The notes beneath the pieces are model-generated. The model did not search any database. It had not been told where the DNA came from and saw nothing but the letters and a program-made list of their open reading frames with translations. The translations under genes were made by a program, and so were the position numbers. From contig JAYUQR010000045.1 of the NCBI GenBank assembly GCA_043756665.1, forward strand, positions 1-38,107: a stretch of DNA of 38,107 nucleotides. The letters run 5' to 3'. Shown here piece by piece: positions 31,127 through 37,569 of this stretch (its first letter is position 1; each line of letters starts with the position of its first letter). The DNA comes from Candidatus Altimarinota bacterium. Its GTDB lineage: Bacteria; Patescibacteriota; Gracilibacteria; BD1-5; UBA2023.

Positions 31127-31216
31127 GGTGACTATGGTGTAATAGTAGCACACACTCTACTTTAGTCCTGAGTGGGAGAGCCGACGGGCAAGTAGGTGTA
31201 AATCCTACAGTCACTG
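31127..31216 (+). ncRNA. tRNA-like element (type-II-like cloverleaf with irregular anticodon loop)
   Basis: The acceptor stem pairs GGTGACT (31127-31133) with AGTCACT (31209-31215), with G1-U72. The D-stem has 3 bp. The T-arm is GTAGG-TGTAAAT-CCTAC (31192-31208). A long variable arm has a GCC/GGC stem. The anticodon stem CACTC/GAGTG encloses 12 nt (TACTTTAGTCCT) instead of 7. A T6 run follows at 31220-31225. Confidence 0.35.
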
Positions 31217-31240
31217 ACATTTTTTAACCTTTCTTAAAGT

Positions 31241-31438
31241 ATGACAATTCTCGAATCAAACATCTGCACTATCTGTGAATGATATAAATCGAACGAAATA
31301 GAGGCACTTATATCTGAGCTTCAGATGATTGCCGATCGAAAGTATTCCGAGGAGGAAAACTATATTCCCTCTGAAGTAAAATACAGTCTTCCCGAGATAG
31401 ATTCGTCACTTGCTAGATTATCTCTCTATCAACAATAA
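31241..31438 (+). CDS. hypothetical protein (65 aa), first rightward gene
   Basis: ATG 31241, TAA 31436-31438. Product MTILESNICTICEGYKSNEIEALISELQMIADRKYSEEENYIPSEVKYSLPEIDSSLARLSLYQQ. Confidence 0.55.
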
Positions 31439-31448
31439 CAAATATCCC

Positions 31449-31703
31449 ATGAAAACAATCATAAATATCGCCATAGCACTCTTTATACTAAGTGTTGCGG
31501 TACTTCCTACTCCGACAGAGTGAAAAACTCTCTACAACTCAGATTGGTGTGATAAAATGTACTCTGAAATGTTCTTCCAGGACGTTCCTCCTACAATTCA
31601 GAAAGAATGCTGAAATAGATTCATCTATCTCACGAATGTCCAGAAATCCTATTATGTAATCACTAGTATATGACATATAAACAAACTCTTGAGGCTCAGA
31701 TAG
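31449..31703 (+). CDS. small secreted/membrane-anchored protein (84 aa)
   Basis: ATG 31449, TAG 31701-31703. Product MKTIINIAIALFILSVAVLPTPTEGKTLYNSDWCDKMYSEMFFQDVPPTIQKECGNRF... has an N-terminal hydrophobic signal-like segment. Confidence 0.6.
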
Positions 31704-31924
31704 AAATTGACTCTCGCAATCTCAGAAAAGTTCTCTCTTGAGAAAAGGTCGTTCGGTGTAGAGATCAGATAGTGATCGCCCTAAATATCCGTATCCTCGA
31801 TTATGGTCAAAAAATCTTTAACGCTTCATTATGAACACCTGATTTCTCTTAGCTCTCATATTCATACTCTGAATATCATTTTTTATTTCACGATTATCTC
31901 GATAATAACTCTAATTTTTACTAT

Positions 31925-32620
31925 ATGGAAACAAAAAATATTTCTTCTGCAATAATAGCAGTTATGCGAGAGATTAATGGAGTAGAGAAGTCTATGACTG
32001 TATGAAGTGGAAACAACTCGTATCAATGAGTGAGCGATAAAGACGTAAAGATTCTTATTCGAGATTCGATGATAAAAAATTGACTCGCTATCTTTCCCGC
32101 AGAAATAAACGCAAAAATCCAAATAGATAGATGGGAAGAAGATGATACGTATAATAAAAATCCACCATATCCAAAAAAGTCCAAGCAATCCGTTTTTACG
32201 GAGGTCACGACAAGGTATATTATTTTACACACAAGCGGGGAATCACTCGAATTAGCTGGATATGGACAGGGCGTAGATGCCCAAGATAAATGAGCAGGAA
32301 AGGCAACGACATATGCGCTAAAAAATACTCTTCTGAATATGTTTCTTATTCCTACAGGGGTAGACACTGACAATACCCACTCTGATGATATTCCAGTACC
32401 ACAAAAATCTATTGATACACCCAATGGATGAAAAAAAGAATATCCAGTCACCAAGTGGTTGAACTTCAGAGATCTCGAAAATCTCGTAAATTCATGAATC
32501 GATACAGAGGCTCTTCTTTCGAATCATATTAAAGATAATGAATTCACTCTTTCGAACAATATGAAGAAGACTCTCCGAGCCTATTGTGATAGTGGTGAAC
32601 TTTCCGAAATCCGATCATAA
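31925..32620 (+). CDS. erf: ERF-family single-strand annealing recombinase (231 aa)
   Basis: ATG 31925, TAA 32618-32620. Product METKNISSAIIAVMREINGVEKSMTVGSGNNSYQGVSDKDVKILIRDSMIKNGLAIFP...DAQDKGAGKATTYALKNTLLNMFLIPTGVDTD matches the ERF pattern as I recall it. Confidence 0.65.
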
Positions 32621-32632
32621 CCTTTTTTATAT

Positions 32633-32737
32633 ATGTGATACTTCTGATTTTGACTTGCATTAATTGCTTGTATATTTTTTCCTCCTCTGTTTTTTGTAGT
32701 ACGCTTTTTCATCGGTATGTATTTTTTGAATCTATAA
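32633..32737 (+). CDS. small hydrophobic ORF (34 aa)
   Basis: ATG 32633, TAA 32735-32737. Product MGYFGFGLALIACIFFPPLFFVVRFFIGMYFLNL. Confidence 0.35.
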
Positions 32738-32741
32738 TTTT

Positions 32742-33119
32742 ATGCTTTTCATAGGCTCTGGGATATTCTCCCCAATGATAGATGCGAATAGAAATCTTTG
32801 TTTTACAGTTAAGGTAAAAAAAGAAGATTATACCACGGAAATGGCAGACTTCATATTTAGATCATACGAGGATGGGAAGTCTCTCGATATACAGATCGTG
32901 TGACTCTCTGAATCCCCCGATCCTGATATGATGATAAAGCTGAGATGAAATCTCTGATCTCTTATGTCTATCTATTGCCAAGAACAAAAGATAGATCTGA
33001 AAGAAGAGACTGAGAAGCTGAGAGCCAAGTATCATGTACAGTCTCGGACTGAGATGAATCGCTCACAGCTTGAGGAAGCGATAGAAACGTACAAAGCAGG
33101 CTTAAAATATAACTGATAA
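32742..33119 (+). CDS. hypothetical protein (125 aa)
   Basis: ATG 32742, TAA 33117-33119. Product MLFIGSGIFSPMIDANRNLCFTVKVKKEDYTTEMADFIFRSYEDGKSLDIQIVGLSESPDPDMMIKLRGNLGSLMSIYCQEQKIDLKEE... Confidence 0.65.
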
Positions 33120-33122
33120 TCT

Positions 33123-33302
33123 ATGAAAGAAAAAACAAGAATAACTCTACAAAAGAATAGAGCAGAACTGGAAGCGGTGAAAGAGTATCTTTCTCTCATC
33201 CCGAATATTCCAGAGAATAAGGAATTGCGACGAAAGATCGCAAGAGAGAAAAAGAGGCTAAATGATCGGGTCATCGTCTGTGAGAAGTATTTATCCTTAT
33301 AA
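33123..33302 (+). CDS. hypothetical protein (59 aa)
   Basis: ATG 33123, TAA 33300-33302. Product MKEKTRITLQKNRAELEAVKEYLSLIPNIPENKELRRKIAREKKRLNDRVIVCEKYLSL. Confidence 0.55.
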   Translation: MKEKTRITLQKNRAELEAVKEYLSLIPNIPENKELRRKIAREKKRLNDRVIVCEKYLSL

Positions 33303-33310
33303 TTTTTTTT

Positions 33311-33631
33311 ATGTGGTTTTTTTCTAAACTCCGTGATCTTTTTAGTCTTGGTACTGAGGAAGTAGTTTTTAGCTATCCTCCTCATTCTGAGCTTTCGAAT
33401 CCTAGATGTCTCCGTCTTACAAGTCAGCTTGTACAGGTTCTCAGAGAATTATCTAATATTCCCCATCCTATCACCGCAAATAAATTCAATAAGATCAGTA
33501 GTATCCCTTCGGCAGATAAGCGTCTCAACGAGCTTAAAAAGCTATGATATATCTTTGACGGTGGTCGTCACAACTTAAAAGAAAATATCCGCCACTGCAC
33601 CCCTGAAGAAATAGCTAAATACTTTCGATAA
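33311..33631 (+). CDS. hypothetical protein (106 aa), possible winged-helix DNA-binding C-terminus
   Basis: Track ORF 33311..33547 read through TGA to TAA 33629-33631. The segment ...SADKRLNELKKLGYIFDGGRHNLKENIRHCTPEEIAKYF resembles RIxELRxxGYxI-type wHTH. This is a weak call. Confidence 0.6.
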
Positions 33632-33644
33632 CCCAAACCATCTT

Positions 33645-33926
33645 ATGCTCCACGAACTCACACCCGCTCAGTTCTCAGGTATCCTCGCTACGGACTCACA
33701 GGATAGACTCAAGAACTCTGTAGAGATACTCGCCGATCTACAAAGAGAGGCTTTCGAATATGCTATGAGAGAAGGCAAGCCTTCCGCCAATGATGAACAT
33801 GTATTCCCTTCTCGTAAGATGCAGGAAGCTCTTGCTTATGGTATCTACAGTCATGGTGCAGTAACAGACGAAGAGCATACAGAACGGCTCGCTCGAATAG
33901 CTCAGGCTCATACTTTTACTCGATAA
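33645..33926 (+). CDS. hypothetical protein (93 aa)
   Basis: Intact ORF with no TGA and a TAA stop. Product MLHELTPAQFSGILATDSQDRLKNSVEILADLQREAFEYAMREGKPSANDEHVFPSRKMQEALAYGIYSHG... Confidence 0.65.
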   Translation: MLHELTPAQFSGILATDSQDRLKNSVEILADLQREAFEYAMREGKPSANDEHVFPSRKMQEALAYGIYSHGAVTDEEHTERLARIAQAHTFTR

Positions 33927-33940
33927 TTTTATATACTTAT

Positions 33941-34234
33941 ATGAACTACTCACCGACTCAAATTAAGCTAATCCGTATATTCGGAAAGAAGGAATTGACA
34001 GATGGATGCAGAATAGAAATCCTCTGACATATCCCCGAGCTTCATGATGTGTATAGGGTAGCGAACGATATAGACTTAGCAATCCACGCTAATCTTGACT
34101 CAAAACTTGTAAGCGAATTGAAAGCATACAGAAACTCTAAGGAGTGAATAGTAAAAATCCCATACAATCCAACCCTTTCACTTTTATCCCAGACAGACGA
34201 TATAAAAGAATCAATCATTAACCTCTTCTCATAA
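33941..34234 (+). CDS. hypothetical protein (97 aa)
   Basis: ATG 33941, TAA 34232-34234. Product MNYSPTQIKLIRIFGKKELTDGCRIEILGHIPELHDVYRVANDIDLAIHANLDSKLVSELKAYRNSKEGIVKIPYN... Confidence 0.6.
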
Positions 34235-34235
34235 T

Positions 34236-34445
34236 ATGCCCCCATCACTCCCCCCTCCAAAGTCTCACGCTGAACAGATAGCAGACTCACTCTACCAAGC
34301 TCGAAGGTTCGATGACCTTCCCCAGTCTATCCAGCTCGTACGAGTGAATTGACAGGTGATGCGATGAGAGCTCTCGAATGCTGATGGCATGCGAAAGATA
34401 GTACAGATACGAGCGAGGTTCAATTGAATCATTTTAGATATTTAA
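34236..34445 (+). CDS. hypothetical protein (69 aa)
   Basis: ATG 34236, TAA 34443-34445. Product MPPSLPPPKSHAEQIADSLYQARRFDDLPQSIQLVRVNGQVMRGELSNADGMRKIVQIRARFNGIILDI. Its last ~13 codons belong to the duplicated block. Confidence 0.55.
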
Positions 34446-34518
34446 TTTTATATATATGACAATACAAGATATTAGTTCTGGTTCTGGTGATGGTTTTGGT
34501 GATGGTTCTGGTTCTGGT
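34406..34518 (+). repeat. duplicated block, copy A (upstream region plus first 21 codons of the Gly-X gene)
   Basis: The 113 nt starting gatacgagcgaggttc...tttaattttatatatATGacaatacaagatattagttct... recur at 35132..35244. The only difference is the 8-nt patch aattgaat versus gaggggat. Confidence 0.9.
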
Positions 34519-34725
34519 TCTGGTTTTGGTGATGGTTTTGGTTCTGGTTCTGGTTATGGTTCTGGTTCTGGTTCTGGTTATGGTTCTGGTTATGGTGATG
34601 GTTTTGGTGATGGTTCTGGTGATGGTTCTGGTTCTGGTTCTGGTTCTGGTTTTGGTGATGGTTCTGGTTCTGGTTATGGTTCTGGTTCTGGTTATGGTTA
34701 CAGAAATTCGGTTACTATTATTTAA
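34456..34725 (+). CDS. (Gly-X)n repeat protein, 89 aa (X = Ser/Asp/Phe/Tyr)
   Basis: Product MTIQDISS + 36 perfect G-X dipeptides + G + YRNSVTII; TAA stop. It has the same AT-rich start context as neighbouring genes. Conserved non-repeat N- and C-termini are shared with the paralog at 35182..35391. Confidence 0.65.
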   Translation: MTIQDISSGSGDGFGDGSGSGSGFGDGFGSGSGYGSGSGSGYGSGYGDGFGDGSGDGSGSGSGSGFGDGSGSGYGSGSGYGYRNSVTII

Positions 34726-34736
34726 ATTTTATATAT

Positions 34737-35129
34737 ATGGAAAGGGAAGTTATTTTGAAACTTATTGAAATGCTTATAAATTCAGACTCTATCTTTATAG
34801 ATAGATGTCATACTACTGACGATAAACAATATCCTATCTGACAGAAAATAATTCTTCGAGGTGCTGATTGTGGTAGTCTCTATGGAACACTTATTTCTGT
34901 TACCAATTGAGTCTATCGAATGAAAGACTCCAGAAGACTTTGGTACTGGAAATGCAAGAAATGATTTACCCTGGATGATGTGGCGAACTTTGGACTTAAT
35001 GAGAACTCAAAAGTAACTTCCACTGTGCCACTTTGTGATGTAACTGATAGCCGTGTATCACTTCTTATCCCCTGTTCTGATAAAGCGATTAAAAGTATAG
35101 AGTCACTTCCTGATTATCAGCCTAGTTAG
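34737..35129 (+). CDS. hypothetical protein (130 aa) between the two Gly-X genes
   Basis: ATG 34737, TAG 35127-35129, three in-frame TGA. Product MEREVILKLIEMLINSDSIFIDRCHTTDDKQYPIGQKIILRGADCGSLYGTLISVTNGVYRMKDSRRLWYWKCKKGFTLDDVANFG... Confidence 0.65.
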
Positions 35130-35131
35130 TT

Positions 35132-35244
35132 GATACGAGCGAGGTTCGAGGGGATCATTTTAGATATTTAATTTTATATATATGACAATACAAGATATTA
35201 GTTCTGGTTCTGGTGATGGTTTTGGTGATGGTTCTGGTTCTGGT
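35132..35244 (+). repeat. duplicated block, copy B
   Basis: See copy A at 34406..34518; the offset is 726 nt. A second shared block (ggttacagaaattcggttactattatttaaattttatatatatg) lies at 34696..34739 and 35362..35405. Confidence 0.9.
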
Positions 35245-35391
35245 GATGGTTTTGGTGATGGTTCTGGTTCTGGTTCTGGTTATGGTTCTGGTTCTGGTTC
35301 TGGTTATGGTTCTGGTTTTGGTGATGGTTTTGGTGATGGTTTTGGTGATGGTTCTGGTTCTGGTTACAGAAATTCGGTTACTATTATTTAA
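35182..35391 (+). CDS. (Gly-X)n repeat protein, 69 aa, paralog of 34456..34725
   Basis: Product MTIQDISS + 26 perfect G-X dipeptides + G + YRNSVTII; TAA stop. Confidence 0.65.
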   Translation: MTIQDISSGSGDGFGDGSGSGDGFGDGSGSGSGYGSGSGSGYGSGFGDGFGDGFGDGSGSGYRNSVTII

Positions 35392-35402
35392 ATTTTATAT
35401 AT

Positions 35403-35630
35403 ATGACAATCCCAAATTGAGAGATCTTCACAATCAATAATTCTGTAACATATCCAAAATATAAGATAGAGTGAGGATATATTGATATTAGAGATAGGAT
35501 TAAAAGAATGTGAGATATTTTATATCCTATCAGACTAATGACAGATGAGGAAATAAAAATCGTATTCGATTGAGCTACAATACAAGAAGCAAAAGAAATG
35601 GTAAAAGAAATACTAAAGGATTTTTTATAA
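35403..35630 (+). CDS. hypothetical protein (75 aa)
   Basis: ATG 35403, TAA 35628-35630. Product MTIPNGEIFTINNSVTYPKYKIEGGYIDIRDRIKRMGDILYPIRLMTDEEIKIVFDGATIQEAKEMVKEILKDFL. Confidence 0.55.
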
Positions 35631-35645
35631 ATAACCACTCCACCA

Positions 35646-35765
35646 ATGTCTCACTATGCTATGATCCCGATGGAAGAATACCAGGAATTTATGGAGTGGA
35701 AGAAGAGTATTCCTCCGAGTATTCGGAGAACAAAAGCAATGGAATCTGATGATCTTCCTTTTTAA
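35646..35765 (+). CDS. small ORF (39 aa)
   Basis: ATG 35646, TAA 35763-35765. Product MSHYAMIPMEEYQEFMEWKKSIPPSIRRTKAMESDDLPF. Confidence 0.4.
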   Translation: MSHYAMIPMEEYQEFMEWKKSIPPSIRRTKAMESDDLPF

Positions 35766-35897
35766 TCTTTAAATTTACTTATATGTTTTTGCATTTTCAT
35801 AAGTGGCAAGCCCGCCAATGACTAACACGCTCCAACAAGTCCGAGAACTGATAGAAAAGAAGATAGAAAAATTTATTCCTCCTTCACCATAACTACT

Positions 35898-36272
35898 ATG
35901 TACATCTTCGACCTCGATGGCACGCTTGCCGATATACGTGAGAATAGAAAACTCCCCCCATGAAAAGCAATTATTCACAATGTAGTTTTATATAGGCAAT
36001 TAGCAGAGAAATACGAGTGTATAATTGTCTCAGGGAGAGACAAAAAACAACGAAGTATGGTATTCGATTTTTTACGATGAATATTTTTTAGTGGTAGGAT
36101 AATCCTCAACGACCTCCCTTTCCCCAAGCCACCGAACCACGAATTCAAAAGAATAGTATTCCAAAATCTTCTGGATGAGTGAGAAACCATCGACTGAGTA
36201 TTTGATGACAATCCCAAGGTTGGTGATGTATGTCGAGACCTCTGAATTCCGTTTTATCTTGTTAGCCAATAA
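35898..36272 (+). CDS. HAD-superfamily phosphatase-like protein (124 aa)
   Basis: Product MYIFDLDGTLADIRENRKL... (motif I DxDGT), ...IIVSGRDKK..., ...GVFDDNPKV (acidic motif). ATG 35898, TAA 36270-36272. Confidence 0.7.
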
Positions 36273-36277
36273 TCCCT

Positions 36278-36613
36278 ATGTACCAACTCACACCACATGC
36301 CCGTGAAATCTTCAAAGTATTTGAGTGAAAGAATTGATTTAAGGTATTTGACACATCACCAGAAGGCTTTGTCCTTTGATTCTGATTGAATAAAGAAGAT
36401 GCAATAGAACGATGACTCATCGAGAAGAAAAATCCGAATCCACTTCATGAGTTATGTGAAAATAATTCTTTTATCCAGATTCCATGGATAGCGAAACATT
36501 TATGAGAAGACAAACTTGCAGAGTTTCTTGAATTCATGATCTGACAGGGGCAGAGTGAATATGGGATATTCTCAGTCGATGTGAAGAAGTTTCTAGAACG
36601 TAATTGATTATAG
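36278..36613 (+). CDS. hypothetical protein (111 aa)
   Basis: ATG 36278, TAG 36611-36613, eight in-frame TGA. Product MYQLTPHAREIFKVFEGKNGFKVFDTSPEGFVLGFGLNKEDAIERGLIEKKNPNPLHELCENNSFIQIPWIAKHLGEDKLAEFLEFMIGQ... Confidence 0.6.
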
Positions 36614-36614
36614 T

Positions 36615-36908
36615 ATGAAAAAATTATCATGACGTGCACTTTATAAAACTCTCGAAAGTGAGAAGAGGCAAATAAGTGCATGAAGGGATGCAAATTCTAT
36701 CATATATGGCAATGGTATCCGTGACAAGTATTGCCAGTATATGCTGAGGGCGAAAGCTGATCTATATAGCTGGCGACATTCTGTACGGCATAGAACACTA
36801 TGCAATGGAATACTCCATAGAAAACTCATTTATCGTCTCAAGAAAGAGCGACAAGAGAGCATAGAAAAAAGACTTATGGCAAGCATCTATGATATGTCCA
36901 ACCAGTAG
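36615..36908 (+). CDS. hypothetical basic protein (97 aa); frame choice uncertain
   Basis: ATG 36615 lies 1 nt after the upstream stop; stop TAG 36906-36908. Product MKKLSGRALYKTLESEKRQISAGRDANSIIYGNGIRDKYCQYMLRAKADLYSWRHSV... An alternative 58-aa ORF in another frame (36688..36864) also looks protein-like. Confidence 0.4.
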
Positions 36909-36982
36909 GCTTGACTCCCCGTATGTGAAACGCCTCTATATGATCCATAGAGGAATTGCTTACCACCTAGGCGGGGTCAAGC
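36909..36982 (+). other. compound stem-loop directly after a stop codon, at the start of a ~280-nt gene-poor stretch
   Basis: The outer helix pairs gcttgac(t)cccc(g) (36909-36921) with cggggtcaagc (36972-36982). An inner 7-bp hairpin is cctctat-atgatcc-atagagg (36933-36953). Confidence 0.4.
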
Positions 36983-37189
36983 TTATTGCTTGTTGCCAAG
37001 ATTCCCTTATGAAGCATTTGTAGATAATCGCCTAGATTTATAAATGAAGATCGAGCTTCTGGTACTCCAGTACATAGCGCTACTTTGGCTCGATCGGCTG
37101 CAAGGGAGAAAGAAGATTTGCTCCACAAGCCTGAGTTTTCTTTTTCCTTTGTCTTCATGGTGTTTTATAAAAATTTTACACTACTATAT

Positions 37190-37348
37190 ATGTATTCACT
37201 TACTCCCCTAAATTCTGAACATGAAGAAATATACTATCTTCTCAGATCCGCTTGTTCAGATGATAAGAAAGTAAAGCTTATCATGCAAAAAATAGTACAA
37301 TACGCACTTTGAGGCTATGAAATAGGGCTTTTAGATTCTAAAAAATAA
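37190..37348 (+). CDS. hypothetical protein (52 aa)
   Basis: ATG 37190 sits in the usual ...ctatatATG context. The frame of track ORF 37085..37312 is read through TGA to TAA 37346-37348. Product MYSLTPLNSEHEEIYYLLRSACSDDKKVKLIMQKIVQYALGGYEIGLLDSKK. Confidence 0.4.
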
Positions 37349-37353
37349 TAACT

Positions 37354-37569
37354 ATGTACAAAAAATACCTCATCACATACAAGCCTGAAAAGCATTTGCA
37401 GTATAACTCTTTTACAATCTGTATCGAGTGAAAAGATGTGAAAGAGATTGAAGAGAAAAAGAAAATTGCTCTTCATAATTTTAAGACATACCCGATCGAA
37501 GCGAAAAGCTGGAAATGAGAAGAACTCTACTGATTCTGAATTGTTCCTATTTCTATAAATTTAACATAA
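37354..37569 (+). CDS. hypothetical protein (71 aa)
   Basis: ATG 37354; TAA 37567-37569 overlaps the next ATG (TAATG). Product MYKKYLITYKPEKHLQYNSFTICIEGKDVKEIEEKKKIALHNFKTYPIEAKSWKGEELYGFGIVPISINLT. Confidence 0.5.

Noticed and set aside
31127-31216. The tRNA-like element as an attP/integration-site remnant, implying a temperate phage or prophage.
   Set aside because: No integrase, excisionase or repressor gene was found, the window closes on itself through the split methyltransferase gene, and there is no flanking host-like DNA.
30657-31220. Minus-strand track ORFs 30657..30947 (96 aa) and 31032..31220 (62 aa) in the divergent intergenic region.
   Set aside because: They have non-ATG starts, odd composition and no coupling to neighbours, and they overlap the structured-RNA candidates on the other strand. 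The plus-strand 70-aa ORF at 30281..30493 also looked unconvincing.
34296-34316. A T-arm-like hairpin gaagg-ttcgatga-ccttc as part of a tRNA.
   Set aside because: It lies inside a coding ORF (34236..34445), and no matching acceptor, D or anticodon arms exist around it.
34456-35391. CRISPR array or other spacer-repeat structure suggested by the repetitive DNA.
   Set aside because: The periodicity is 6 bp with no unique spacers, the tracts are in frame with start and stop codons, and no cas genes are present.
34487-35440. The (Val-Leu/Met)n ORFs 34487..34768 and 35213..35440 as real hydrophobic proteins.
   Set aside because: They are the +1 frame of the (GGT-NNT)n arrays and start at internal ATGs of GAT-GGT junctions. 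They lack the conserved start context. The Gly-X frame has conserved non-repeat termini and proper stops. Dual coding cannot be excluded but is unsupported.
36688-36864. An alternative-frame 58-aa ORF (MQILSYMAMVSVTSIASICGGRKLIYIAGDILYGIEHYAMEYSIENSFIVSRKSDKRA).
   Set aside because: It is nested inside the longer ORF 36615..36908, which starts 1 nt after the previous stop. Neither frame can be confirmed, so only the longer one is listed, at low confidence.
36909-36982. A tRNA gene (7-bp acceptor-like helix and a 7-bp/7-nt stem-loop presenting GAU).
   Set aside because: No D-arm or T-arm can be drawn, the 'anticodon' stem is 7 bp, position 37 would be a pyrimidine, and the outer helix extends beyond 7 bp. 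I kept it only as a generic stem-loop.
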